This document shows, one piece after another, positions 37,998 through 47,963 of a stretch of 64,000 bases of DNA. Location of the stretch: contig CAXXSL010000016.1 of NCBI GenBank assembly GCA_963675525.2, positions 800,001 through 864,000 of the forward strand, given 5' to 3'. Within the stretch, counting starts at the first letter, position 1. Each line of letters opens with the position of its first letter. Below the pieces are notes generated by a model. It was not told the DNA's origin, did not search any database, and worked only from the letters and a program-made list of their open reading frames with translations. Source of the DNA: Anaerohalosphaeraceae bacterium (GTDB lineage Bacteria > Planctomycetota > Phycisphaerae > Sedimentisphaerales > Anaerohalosphaeraceae). Both the position numbers and the translations under genes were made by a program.

Positions 37998-38093
37998 CAA
38001 AAGCGTGGAACGGCAGTGACACGATTGCGACACTATGTGTATTCGTGAGCCACCGGGTACCCTATCCCGGCGCTTCCGCTTCGGGCTTTTGTT
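37996..38093. repeat. REPIN downstream of RAYT
   Basis: 98-bp degenerate copy of 37365-37462. Confidence 0.75.
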
Positions 38094-38097
38094 TGTC

Positions 38098-38126
38098 TTG
38101 CGTTTTTGGGCTGAAATGGGTATAAT
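38098..38126 (+). promoter_or_regulatory. Sigma70 promoter for DAHP synthase
   Basis: TTGCGT-17 nt-TATAAT. Confidence 0.6.
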
Positions 38127-38175
38127 GCGGTTTTTGCGGGATGGCTGAAAACGACAGATAGAGGACTGAAAACCG

Positions 38176-39219
38176 ATGGAACTGACTGACAATCTTAATA
38201 TTAATCAATTTAAACCGCTGACCAGCCCGGACGAGATGAAGGTTGATCTGCCGGAGACCGAGGCGGCCTCGCATATCGTGGCCGAGTCGCGGCGGCAGAT
38301 CGAACAGATCCTTCGAGGGGAAGATCCCCGCCGGATGGTCATCGTCGGACCTTGCAGCCTGCATGATCTTGACGCCACGCTTGACTATGCAAGACGCCTG
38401 AAAAAGGTGCAGCAGGAGACCAGTCAGCGTGTGCTGATCGTCATGCGGGCTTATTTTGAAAAACCGCGGACAACCTTGGGGTGGAAGGGAATGCTCTACG
38501 ACCCGCATCTTGATTTATCGTATGATATTGACTTCGGCATTCGCCAGAGCCGCAAAATTCTCTGCGAGATTTCCGAGATCGGCCTGCCGTGCGCGACGGA
38601 GTTCCTGGACCCGATCGTGCCGCAGTACCTGGCTGATCTTGTCAGTTGGGCCGCCATCGGCGCCCGCACGACCGAATCGCAAATTCACCGGCAGATGGCC
38701 AGCGGCCTGTCGATGCCGATTGGTTTCAAAAACGCCACGGACGGCAATCTGAATGTGGCGCTGGACGCGATCAAGGCATCATCGAGTCCGCATTCGTTCC
38801 TCGGCATCGACCGCAACGGTAAAGTCATCATCGCCGATACCAAAGGCAACAAGTACGGCCACCTCGTCCTGCGCGGCGGCACCAATGGCCCCAACTACAG
38901 CAGTGAATACGTGGCGTTCGCTGAAATCCTGCTGCAGAAACAGCACGTTCCAAATGGCATGGTGATCGATTGCAGCCATGCCAACTCGCACAAGAATCAC
39001 AAACGTCAGCGCGAAGTGCTGTTTGACATTGCCGACCAGATCTCTGCCGGCAACAAATCCATCGCCGGGGTCATGCTTGAAAGCTTTATCGGCGAAGGCA
39101 ACCAGAGCATCGGTTCGCCCGGCGGGATGAAATACGGCGTGTCATTAACCGACAAATGCATTGGCTGGGACGAAACTGAGGAACTCATTCGTTATCTGGC
39201 AAACGCTGTGAAGGTATGA
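38176..39219 (+). CDS. aroF: 3-deoxy-7-phosphoheptulonate synthase, class I (AroF/G/H type)
   Basis: GPCSLHD, YFEKPRTTLGWKG, AIGARTTESQ, DCSHANS, YGVSLTDKC. Confidence 0.93.
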   Translation: MELTDNLNINQFKPLTSPDEMKVDLPETEAASHIVAESRRQIEQILRGEDPRRMVIVGPCSLHDLDATLDYARRLKKVQQETSQRVLIVMRAYFEKPRTTLGWKGMLYDPHLDLSYDIDFGIRQSRKILCEISEIGLPCATEFLDPIVPQYLADLVSWAAIGARTTESQIHRQMASGLSMPIGFKNATDGNLNVALDAIKASSSPHSFLGIDRNGKVIIADTKGNKYGHLVLRGGTNGPNYSSEYVAFAEILLQKQHVPNGMVIDCSHANSHKNHKRQREVLFDIADQISAGNKSIAGVMLESFIGEGNQSIGSPGGMKYGVSLTDKCIGWDETEELIRYLANAVKV

Positions 39220-39273
39220 TCCATCGGTCGTGCAGCGTTGAATACTCAATGAATCTTCTTTTTAAGGATCGCA

Positions 39274-39654
39274 ATGATGAAACAGATAAAAATCCGGCAA
39301 AAAACTGTCGTATTACTTACACTGGTCTGTGTTTGTGTATTGGTTGCAGGCGGGTGCACCTGGTCCAAAAACCTTAAATCCTGCCGACAGCAAAACCAGG
39401 TTCTTGCACAACAGATCACAGATCTGGAATACCAGTTAGCACAGGCTGACAAAGCCGCAACGGTTCAAACGACTTATACTCAAACGCCTGCGGACAACGC
39501 CACGTATTTGGTGGTCGAAGGTGACAGTTTGTGGCGTATTGCCACCCAACAGCTTGGAAGCGGCAAGCGTTATAAAGAAATCCTGGCGCTGAATCCGCAG
39601 ATTAACCAAAACAGTCTGGCCATTGGGACAGTCCTGAAGCTTCCGCCCAAATAA
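39274..39654 (+). CDS. LysM-domain lipoprotein
   Basis: Lipobox AGGC; YLVVEGDSLWRIA...LNP...IGTVLKLP. Confidence 0.88.
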   Translation: MMKQIKIRQKTVVLLTLVCVCVLVAGGCTWSKNLKSCRQQNQVLAQQITDLEYQLAQADKAATVQTTYTQTPADNATYLVVEGDSLWRIATQQLGSGKRYKEILALNPQINQNSLAIGTVLKLPPK

Positions 39655-39810
39655 CAGGTCTCCGACGATGGGAACGAAACCGAGGCACTCATTTGCCGCC
39701 TGGCAAGCGCCGTACCCGTGTAATAACATTCTCAGCGAACAATGCCCTAAACGCAGGAATGAGCGAATCTATGACGGATATTTAAACCGCATTCACATTG
39801 AGAACAAGCA

Positions 39811-40449
39811 ATGACTATTAACGGTGTCAGAGCATTTGGTAAAAAAAATGAAACCTTCCGCTATCCGGGAGATTTCGTTTATCTATTCCAACCTCTGATT
39901 CCTTATCTCCAAAACACTGCTGTATTTGGCTCTGAGTTGCAAATATGTCTTACGAGCGCATTTCGCGAACAGTTATTCAAGGGCATGACACTTGAAGAAA
40001 TAAAGAGTAGAAAACTTACTCCTGCCGAAAAACAGGACGCTCTCAGGCTTTCAAAGCAAGAAGATGAATTATGTGAAAAACTGGAGGCTCTCAAGCTGGC
40101 TGAAAATGTTAGTGATTCGGGTGTTATTTCCGCTGCTTATTATGGACCGGGGTTTTTTCCGAAATATGCAAAATTCCTTCAGGATGACTGGAATACAGTG
40201 ATTTGTTTTAAGAAGCCTTTTCCTGATTATCAGGAATTATGTGATATATATTATACATCAAAAATTTCTGCTAAAGAATTACGACAAAAATACAAAGCCT
40301 TGTCTTTTTATATGTTGTTCCAGAATATTGATGCATGGGGCTGGGAAGCTTATGTTCCTGACCAAGAATTGTATCAAAAATTAGTCGATTATCTTGACAA
40401 AAAGCACACAAGATATGAACGATTGGATTTTGATCGAGATTTCTCCTAA
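39811..40449 (+). CDS. Hypothetical protein (AT-rich)
   Basis: 212-aa ORF filling the space before mnmA; no motif recognised. Confidence 0.6.
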   Translation: MTINGVRAFGKKNETFRYPGDFVYLFQPLIPYLQNTAVFGSELQICLTSAFREQLFKGMTLEEIKSRKLTPAEKQDALRLSKQEDELCEKLEALKLAENVSDSGVISAAYYGPGFFPKYAKFLQDDWNTVICFKKPFPDYQELCDIYYTSKISAKELRQKYKALSFYMLFQNIDAWGWEAYVPDQELYQKLVDYLDKKHTRYERLDFDRDFS

Positions 40450-40455
40450 CTTCCT

Positions 40456-41559
40456 ATGAAAGACTACAAACTCGAACTGATTTCCTCGAACCTGTCGCCG
40501 TGGCAGCCGGAGCATGATATATCCCGGCAAATCATGGTGCTTATGAGCGGCGGTGTGGACAGCAGTGTGACGGCGCATCTATTACGGCAGCAGGGATGGG
40601 ATGTTTTGGGCATCACCATGCGGATTCCGGTGGCCTGCCAGACCGGCAAGCGCGGCTGCTGCGGAGCGGAGGCGGCGTACGTTTGTGCGCAATTAGGCAT
40701 TCCTCATTATTTTATCGATGTGACCGAGGCGTTTAATGAGTTGGTAATTGAACGGTTTCGGGCCGATTACCGGCGGGGGTTTACGCCGAACCCGTGTGTG
40801 GATTGTAATACACTTTTGAAATTTATGCTGGTGTGGGATTTGGTGGAGAGGGAACTGGGGATTCGTTACCTTGCCACGGGTCATTATGCCGAAATCCGCG
40901 ACGGGCGACTGCGGCGGGGAAAAAATCAAGCTAAGGACCAGAGCTATTTTTTATACGGCATTCCGCGCGAGCGTCTGCCGTACTTTGTGCTGCCGCTGGC
41001 GGAGTTGAAAAAAGAAGAGGTGCGGGCTGTCGCGCAGGAAATCGGATTGGGCGTGGCGGATAAGCCGGAAAGCATGGAGTTGTGTTTTGCGGGCGAAGGC
41101 GATTACCGCGATGCGCTGGATGGCGGCGAACGGCCGGGGGACTTGGTGGATATGGACGGCAAGGTGATTGGCACGCATAAGGGGATTGCTCATTATACGC
41201 TCGGTCAGCGGCGGGGATTAAAATATGCCGCTGGTGAGCCGGTGTATGTGGCGCGGATTGACGCGGAAAAGAATATTGTCGCGCTGGGGACTAGGAGTGA
41301 GGTGCATCACGCGGTTATTCATGCCGACGAAGTGAATGTTTTGATCCCGGAGCAGATGAAAACGGGCGCGAAACTGTCCGGCAAGCTGCGCTCTTACGGT
41401 ACGCCGACACAGCCGTGTGAAATTATTGAATGCGGCAACGATACGGTGACTGTGCGATTCGATGAAAAACAGTTCGCCCCTTCGCCGGGACAAAAGCTGG
41501 TGCTCTATAACGACGATGACGAAGTCGTCGCCGGCGGAACGATTGCTGGTTTTGAATAA
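40456..41559 (+). CDS. mnmA: tRNA 2-thiouridylase
   Basis: MSGGVDSSV, TPNPCVDCN, ATGHYA, KDQSYFL, ESMELCF, TLGQRRG, PGQ. Confidence 0.96.
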   Translation: MKDYKLELISSNLSPWQPEHDISRQIMVLMSGGVDSSVTAHLLRQQGWDVLGITMRIPVACQTGKRGCCGAEAAYVCAQLGIPHYFIDVTEAFNELVIERFRADYRRGFTPNPCVDCNTLLKFMLVWDLVERELGIRYLATGHYAEIRDGRLRRGKNQAKDQSYFLYGIPRERLPYFVLPLAELKKEEVRAVAQEIGLGVADKPESMELCFAGEGDYRDALDGGERPGDLVDMDGKVIGTHKGIAHYTLGQRRGLKYAAGEPVYVARIDAEKNIVALGTRSEVHHAVIHADEVNVLIPEQMKTGAKLSGKLRSYGTPTQPCEIIECGNDTVTVRFDEKQFAPSPGQKLVLYNDDDEVVAGGTIAGFE

Positions 41560-41597
41560 ATAATTTCCGACTAATAAAATAATCAAAAAGTAAAATC

Positions 41598-42731
41598 ATG
41601 CGAAGATTTTTATTTACAATGACCTGTTGTCTATTCATGGCTTGTTTTTCAAGTTGTTCAAAAGAAAACCCCTCTCCTGCTAACGAATCCAATAGTGCTG
41701 CTTTTAATGAACTTCTGGCAAAAGCTGAAAACGGCGATGCAATTGCGCAAAGCAGGCTTGGCAGTCGATATTACAAAGGAAAAGGGGTTAAACAAGATTA
41801 CACACAAGCTTTTAGATGGTATCAAAAAGCCGCGGAACAGGGGGATGTATATGGACAAGTTAATCTGGGCCTCTTATATTGTGAAGGATTAGGCGTTGAG
41901 CTGAATTATACTCAAGCTATTGAATGGTACCAAAAGGCTATTGATCAGGGATCTGCCGGAGCGATGTATAATCTTGGATTGTTGTATGCTGAGGGAAAGG
42001 GCGTTGCGAAAGACCCAAACGAAGCTCTTGCTTTATTTATAAACGCAGCCGAACAAAATGATACTGAAGCACAAGCAACACTTGGACATGTATATGAAGG
42101 TAATATGGGTATCAAACAGGATTATGAAGAATCCTTTAAATGGTATCTCAAAGCCGCGAAACAGGGACATGCCCATGCACAATGTATGGTTGGATATTCT
42201 TATGATATAGGTGAGGGGATAGAGCAGGATTTCACAAAAGCTTTTGAATGGTATTCAAAAGCGGCCGAACAAGGAGACTGGCTTGCACAAAACAACCTCG
42301 GAACCTTATATGCTGAAGGCAATGGGATAAAGCAAGGCGACGAAAAAGCTCGTCAATGGTACCTAAAAGCAGCAAATCAAGGTTATCATGAAGCACAATG
42401 TAATCTTGGCGTCACGTATGATTTTGGACATGGCGTAAAAAAAGATCACAAAAAAGCTGCGCATTATTTTCTTCAAGCGGCAGAACAAGGGAACGCAAAA
42501 GCTCAATATAATTTGGGCATTATGTATGCCGAAGGAGAAGGTGTTGATAGGGATTATATGGAAAGTTATCAATGGTTGCGGTTGGCAGGAAATAACGGGT
42601 TCGACATCACCGAAGCAATGATTGCTCTGAAAAGCCGTATGACGCCGGAACAAATCGTATCGGCTGAGAAAAAGCTTGAGGAGTATATCAGAATTTTAAA
42701 AACGAAATCGGTCGAAGACGGGCCGAAGTAA
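41598..42731 (+). CDS. Sel1-repeat (lipo)protein
   Basis: Eight AQ.NLG..Y..G.GV.QD...A..WY.KAAEQG repeats; signal ending SSC. Confidence 0.92.
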   Translation: MRRFLFTMTCCLFMACFSSCSKENPSPANESNSAAFNELLAKAENGDAIAQSRLGSRYYKGKGVKQDYTQAFRWYQKAAEQGDVYGQVNLGLLYCEGLGVELNYTQAIEWYQKAIDQGSAGAMYNLGLLYAEGKGVAKDPNEALALFINAAEQNDTEAQATLGHVYEGNMGIKQDYEESFKWYLKAAKQGHAHAQCMVGYSYDIGEGIEQDFTKAFEWYSKAAEQGDWLAQNNLGTLYAEGNGIKQGDEKARQWYLKAANQGYHEAQCNLGVTYDFGHGVKKDHKKAAHYFLQAAEQGNAKAQYNLGIMYAEGEGVDRDYMESYQWLRLAGNNGFDITEAMIALKSRMTPEQIVSAEKKLEEYIRILKTKSVEDGPK

Positions 42732-42740
42732 TTGATTATG

Positions 42741-42813
42741 TATTTGACCCTTTCAGGGTCGTAATGGTTTTGATGATTCGTTTTCCCCGGGTTCCGCTTT
42801 GCTACACCCGGGG
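42741..42813 (-). repeat. Right half of the REP-like host repeat at IS copy 2
   Basis: Same central palindrome as 17985-18013, plus a GACCCTGAAAGGGTC hairpin. Confidence 0.75.
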
Positions 42814-42837
42814 CTGTTATGAGGCCATCTTACAAGT

Positions 42838-43055
42838 CTTATATTTTAAAACCAACAATTTTTTTGTTTTTTACTTCATATCGATATTCCTTGTCTTTCA
42901 AGATTGATCGCTCAGTCTGTTATTCGTGCTCGAAGCACACGTTAATCGATTCGTTCTTCCTGAGGTGCCGCCAACAATCTACAATCGTGTTCAAGACACA
43001 AGCCTCGGGCCGTGGTCGGCACGTCGTGGTGAGCTTCAATCCATTCGTATACTGT
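42838..43055 (-). ncRNA. Predicted bridge/seek RNA, copy 2
   Basis: Same sequence as 17743-17960 on the opposite strand. Confidence 0.7.
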
Positions 43056-44138
43056 TTAAGCTTTTTCCGCCCGATAGGGTTCATTTTTTATCAACATGCG
43101 CCACAGATGCACGGTCAGTTTTCGAGCCACCGCAGTGATCGCTTTCTGTTTGATACCCCCATTGCTGTGACAAATCCGCCAAAAGTATTGTTTGGCCTTA
43201 ACATCAACGGCAACCCACTGCCATGCGGCTTGAATGAGTGTGCAACGAAGGGACGGCTTCCCGTCCCGATTGATGGGGCCGGATGTACTTTTTGAACCGC
43301 TTTGATGGATCGTCGGGGCCAATCCGACATATTTGACCACTTGGCAGGATGTCTCAAAATGGTCATAGTGGAACACTTCCGTAACAAACTGTCGTGCTGT
43401 CACCGGTCCGATGCCGGGATGTGTTTGAAGTAATGCAATCCGCTGGCCGGTTGGTGTTGACCCCATCCTTTCGTCCAGGAGACGCTCAAGCACCGTCAGT
43501 CTGTCAGAATGGTAGTCCAGGTCGCTGAGTAACGCGTCCAGTGACAAACGTAATGGCTTTGGCAGCCGCAAGGCTCGGAGGGCGTCGATGCTTTTACCAG
43601 ACCAATATTTGAGCCCTTCCGGTTCCGTCAGCCCGTGTTGTAATAAAAATGACTTGATTTGAGTTTTGACACAGGCTCCGTTTTTTCGTTGACGATGCCG
43701 CATCCGGCACAACTGTCGGTCCCCCTCCTGCTGGACCGAAGGAATGGTCACCGGTTTGAGGAGCCCCTTGGCCAGATAACACGCCAGTTTTTTACTGTCC
43801 AGGCGATCTGTCTTGTCCTCTTTGGCGGCCGGCCGGGGCGTTTTAGAGGTGGCCGCAATAGTCACGGGCAGATGGTGTTTTTGTAAGGTGCGAGCCAATG
43901 AATAGCCCGTGGGCCCGGCTTCGTAAACAATCTCTTTGATGGCGTGCTGGACCGGTTTGAGCTGTTCAATAAGTTGATTGGGATTCGACGGCATGACAAA
44001 ATCAAGAGCGGGGGTGTCGTTTAAGTGCAGCGCGACATGATACGTTTCCTTATGGGTGTCAATACCAATAAACAATGCATCGTTACGGGTTAAACGGATA
44101 GTGTTGAAAAATGTCTGTACCTTTGATAGACTACGCAT
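43056..44138 (-). CDS. IS110 DEDD recombinase/transposase (intact, 360 aa)
   Basis: GIDTHK, EAGPTG, KTDRLDS, GLAP..QSG, AVARKL; RBS GAAAGGA. Confidence 0.95.
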   Translation of the reverse strand: MRSLSKVQTFFNTIRLTRNDALFIGIDTHKETYHVALHLNDTPALDFVMPSNPNQLIEQLKPVQHAIKEIVYEAGPTGYSLARTLQKHHLPVTIAATSKTPRPAAKEDKTDRLDSKKLACYLAKGLLKPVTIPSVQQEGDRQLCRMRHRQRKNGACVKTQIKSFLLQHGLTEPEGLKYWSGKSIDALRALRLPKPLRLSLDALLSDLDYHSDRLTVLERLLDERMGSTPTGQRIALLQTHPGIGPVTARQFVTEVFHYDHFETSCQVVKYVGLAPTIHQSGSKSTSGPINRDGKPSLRCTLIQAAWQWVAVDVKAKQYFWRICHSNGGIKQKAITAVARKLTVHLWRMLIKNEPYRAEKA

Positions 44139-44217
44139 GGGCCATCCTTTCGATAATGGTTCCGGTTTAGGGTTCAAAAACCATTATAAGAACTTTTGGA
44201 TGGCCTACATATTATCT

Positions 44218-44250
44218 ATTATTATTCAAGCCCTTTGGGCTTATGGAATC
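44218..44250 (-). repeat. Left half of the REP-like host repeat at IS copy 2
   Basis: ATTCCATAAGCCCAAAGGGCTTGAATAATAAT on the minus strand. Confidence 0.7.
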
Positions 44251-44326
44251 CGTAGGGCTTTTGGCTGTTATTATTATACTAAATTTGTCGAGATTTTCAA
44301 GTAAATTCGGGTTTGGCGGGTACTTC

Positions 44327-44355
44327 TTGCTTCATGGGGGGTAAACTGGTATAAT
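44327..44355 (+). promoter_or_regulatory. Sigma70 promoter for tyrS
   Basis: TTGCTT-17 nt-TATAAT with TGn. Confidence 0.6.
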
Positions 44356-44396
44356 CCGCGTTTTTGAATGATTATTAAGTACATTGGGACAACTCT

Positions 44397-45599
44397 ATGG
44401 ACATTAAAGAACAAGTCAACTTACTTAAGCGCGGGACGGTGGAGGTGTATAATGAGGACGAACTGGCCGGCCGGCTGGCGGATGCGGCGAAAACGGGCCG
44501 GCAGCTTCGCGCCAAGCTGGGCATGGATCCGACGGCGCCGGATATTCATCTGGGGCACACGGTTGTACTCCGGAAACTTCGACAGTTTCAGGACTTAGGT
44601 CACAAGGCGGTGTTGATTATCGGCGACTATACAGCGCGGATCGGTGACCCGACGGGGCAAAACACGACGCGGCCGATGCTCACGCCTGAGTCCATCAAGC
44701 AGAACGCCCAGACGTATTTCGACCAGGCCGGCAAAATTCTCGATATGTCGCCGGAAAAAGTGGAAGTGCGATACAACAGCGAATGGCTGGCCGATCTGCA
44801 CCTGGCCGATGTCATCAAACTGACGGCGTCGATGACAGTCGCGCGGATGCTGGAGCGGGATACGTTCGAGATTCGTTATAAGAAGGGCGACCCGATCGGC
44901 GTGCATGAGTTTCTGTATCCGCTGATGCAGGGCTATGACTCGGTAGCCATCAAAAGCGATATCGAACTGGGCGGTACGGATCAGACGTATAATAATCTGG
45001 TCGGTCGGGACCTGCAGAGGTTGGACGGGCAAAAGCCGCAGATCGTGATTACCATGCCGATCCTGGTCGGTCTCGATGGCGTGCAGAAGATGTCCAAGTC
45101 CAAAGGCAATTATATTGGTGTGACGGATGTGCCGTCGGAGATGTTCGGCAAGACGATGAGTATTCCGGATGAGCTGATGGAGAATTACTTTACATTGCTG
45201 ACGGATATTCCGGCGGATGAGATTAAAATCCTGTGCGATGCGTCGAAGACACATCCGAAAGAAGCGAAAGTCAAACTCGGCAAGCTGATCGTTGAGCAGT
45301 TTTATGATGCAGCCGCGGGCGTAGCGGCTGCGGCGGAGTTTGAGCGGGTGTTTGCTCAGAATCAACTGCCGGATGATATGCCGACAGTCGAGATTTCCGC
45401 CGAGCCGGTTATGGCCAGTAAACTGCTGGTGCAGTGCGGATTGGTCGATAGCGGTGGGGAAGCCAAGCGCATGTGCAAGCAGGGCGGCGTCAAAGTTAAC
45501 GACGAAAAGATCGGTGACCCGGCGATGGAAATTACCCCGGCCGACGGCATGATCGTACAGGTTGGCAAACGGAAATTCGCAAAATTGAAAATAACATAA
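44397..45599 (+). CDS. tyrS: Tyrosine--tRNA ligase
   Basis: GMDPTAPDIHLGH, YPLMQGYD, GGTDQ, KMSKS, S4-like C-terminus QVGKRKF. Confidence 0.97.
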   Translation: MDIKEQVNLLKRGTVEVYNEDELAGRLADAAKTGRQLRAKLGMDPTAPDIHLGHTVVLRKLRQFQDLGHKAVLIIGDYTARIGDPTGQNTTRPMLTPESIKQNAQTYFDQAGKILDMSPEKVEVRYNSEWLADLHLADVIKLTASMTVARMLERDTFEIRYKKGDPIGVHEFLYPLMQGYDSVAIKSDIELGGTDQTYNNLVGRDLQRLDGQKPQIVITMPILVGLDGVQKMSKSKGNYIGVTDVPSEMFGKTMSIPDELMENYFTLLTDIPADEIKILCDASKTHPKEAKVKLGKLIVEQFYDAAAGVAAAAEFERVFAQNQLPDDMPTVEISAEPVMASKLLVQCGLVDSGGEAKRMCKQGGVKVNDEKIGDPAMEITPADGMIVQVGKRKFAKLKIT

Positions 45600-45613
45600 A
45601 ACGGAGCAATGCC

Positions 45614-46192
45614 ATGAAGATGCCGGAAGTACAAGAGGCAACAAAATATGTCGGATTATATGTGGTGGATTTCGGTGACCACAGCGGAGTAGGATTTACC
45701 CCGGCGGAAGTGGCCGAACTGCTGGACAGCGAACAATTCGCAGAGGTGCAAGTTTATAAAATCCATCGGGCCTATCCGGACGGCAGGATGGAACTGAAGG
45801 GGGTTTCGGCCGAGAGGTTTGGTCTGGAGGCCGGGATGTTCTTTCAGGCTGTTGATGAAGCGGCTGCGCGGGATGATTTTGCCCGGCTGCTCGCATGGGC
45901 CGAAACACAATTGCCGCCGAGTCGCTGTAAAGTGCATCTGTCCAAAGCAGACCAGGGGTATCTGACGGCTTTGATCTATCCGGCCGAGTTTGACGATGAA
46001 TTTTCTCGCTGGCTGCTGGATGGGCAGTATCGCACCACCGGCGCAACCGAAGGAGGAACCAGTGCCGTTGGGGGCTATTATGATGCCGCTCCGCAGATCC
46101 TGGAACGAAAACAACTCTGGCCTCAGGAATCGCTGGAAAACCTGCACGGAGAAGCATTGCTTGAGGCCGCAAAACGGGCGGTTGTCCGGTGA
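45614..46192 (+). CDS. Hypothetical protein
   Basis: GGAG RBS, 14 nt after tyrS, ordinary globular composition. Confidence 0.75.
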   Translation: MKMPEVQEATKYVGLYVVDFGDHSGVGFTPAEVAELLDSEQFAEVQVYKIHRAYPDGRMELKGVSAERFGLEAGMFFQAVDEAAARDDFARLLAWAETQLPPSRCKVHLSKADQGYLTALIYPAEFDDEFSRWLLDGQYRTTGATEGGTSAVGGYYDAAPQILERKQLWPQESLENLHGEALLEAAKRAVVR

Positions 46193-47039
46193 AACGAGCC
46201 AACTCCATCCTGACATCGAAACGACGTCGGCTGGGTTTTTTTGCGGGCCTGATTATAAGGTCTGGATTTAGATCCGGGTTGTCATCTCGGGAACTGCACC
46301 GAAAAGATTTCAAATCCAGCACACAGAAGATGGGTGTCCGCTTTTCTGATCGGATTAGAAATACCTTCCGTTTCCGCTGGTTGAAGATCAAGTAGACATC
46401 ATGATCACAGTTTTTTCTCTAAGGAACATTGAAGTATTCAGAATTAATTTATGGGCCTGATTTGCCAAAAAGGCGACATTTTATATCACCATACAAGCCT
46501 TGTGATGACATGGAAGATTAGCACAGGTATAAATTTCAAAGTGTTTACAACATTGTTATTTTGTGACTTTATAGAAGAAAAAAAACGAGGCCGAAAAAGT
46601 TTTTTTTTAGGAAATCTCATCAGTAAATACACCTATCCATCCACTAAAGACACTGTATATCTGAAACAGCTTAAGTCTCTATTTTAAAGCTGTTTAACGA
46701 ACATGGGGGCATCCGTAAAAATACCTATTTTAGCTGAATTCACCCAGTGGCATCGGTGTAAATTGGGTTCGTCCGATAAAACAGCCGAAAAAATGTTGGA
46801 CATTTTATTATGAATTTGTTAAAGATTGGCAATCGGCTTAGCCGAATTTAATTATGCAAGAGTTTTCTCCCCTCCGGAAAACATCAGGGAACACAAGTTT
46901 CCTGATGTTTTCTTTTTGCGCATTTTAGGGGATAGGATCATTTCGAGGCTCAATCATGGCTATTTCCTAAAAAAATGGTCATCGTGTACAATCGGCGGGA
47001 ATGCGGAATGGTTTTTAAAAACACCGGGCAGCGCAAAAA

Positions 47040-47280
47040 GAAAAAGCCTATACCGAAAATCGATAAAGGCTTTCTCTGCACCATTGCCGTGGCGGGCAGG
47101 CGGTTTATATGAACCGAACATAGCAGTCGGAGGAGATTTAAAGTTTTAGACAGCCGTATCGTCTTGAAAGAAGATTGGTTTTTATCCTTCTAACCTGTCT
47201 GTTCCTTTTGGGCGAACTGCGACAATCCCTTGTTGCCGGCTGTCTAAGACAAACATCCCTGTTTGCTTTGTCTCGGCGGT
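47040..47280 (-). ncRNA. Candidate CsrA/RsmA-binding small RNA or structured 3' UTR
   Basis: Four ANGGA motifs, two in clear hairpin loops; 11-bp closing stem; terminal hairpin with U tract. Confidence 0.45.
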
Positions 47281-47312
47281 ATATTCGGTTGTGATTAGTT
47301 TTAAAAGAGCTT

Positions 47313-47858
47313 TTATACGGCGGCCAGTTGACGATGTGCGTCCAGCATGTTTTCGGTGTCCGTAATCACCAACTGGTGGATCAGGCTTTTTCGTACTTTC
47401 GGGATACCCATTTTCAGGATTTTCTCCTCCACTTCCGCGGCGATCACGCGGGCCAGAAAACGGTCGATACTGTGCTGGTTGACAAGGTCATTAACAATGC
47501 GTGCTTTGTCCCAATGACCGCACCCGGACATTAGGCTTCGTTGCTGAACATCGTCGATGACTTCAACCCGTTTACGCTGAAGTTTTCGTTTGAGGCGGTG
47601 TTCGCACAATACTGCCGCCGCCTGATGATGACCGGTCGAAGACAGTACCTCCAGGATCATTTGATGGATGTCGTCGGTACTGAGTGTTCCGTGGCGCACC
47701 TGGCGATATAGATAGTACGTTACAGCTTCGGCCATTTGTTCGGCGGCATACAGATAGTCGCCCTCCGACAGCGGCAATGCGTGATGAAAAGAACCGAGCA
47801 CTTTGGTGTGCAGGTACGGCTCGAGACTGCCGTCAGATTTTGAAATCCGGATCTGCAT
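47313..47858 (-). CDS. ATP-cone domain protein
   Basis: ISKSDGSLEPY..TKV and a second WDKARIV..L cone-like unit; downstream of nrdR. Confidence 0.75.
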   Translation of the reverse strand: MQIRISKSDGSLEPYLHTKVLGSFHHALPLSEGDYLYAAEQMAEAVTYYLYRQVRHGTLSTDDIHQMILEVLSSTGHHQAAAVLCEHRLKRKLQRKRVEVIDDVQQRSLMSGCGHWDKARIVNDLVNQHSIDRFLARVIAAEVEEKILKMGIPKVRKSLIHQLVITDTENMLDAHRQLAAV

Positions 47859-47963
47859 GTCACTGACCCTTTCCATATCGTATTTTATAAACGCCTTTAA
47901 AAAACGAATCACCGCATATATTTATCTTCGGTTTGCGGCATTGATTTATCTTTATGCGGATCT

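Larger units (their letters stand above)
42814..44217 (-). mobile_element. IS110-family (IS1111-type) insertion sequence, copy 2
   Basis: Reverse complement of 16580-17984; CT core at both ends. Confidence 0.93.

Noticed and set aside
35037..38093. CRISPR array or classical integron
   Set aside because: No regularly spaced identical repeats, cas genes, tyrosine integrase or convincing attC ends
46189..47149. Short ORFs in the tyrS-nrdR intergenic region
   Set aside because: No clear RBS or motifs; AT-rich, likely non-coding
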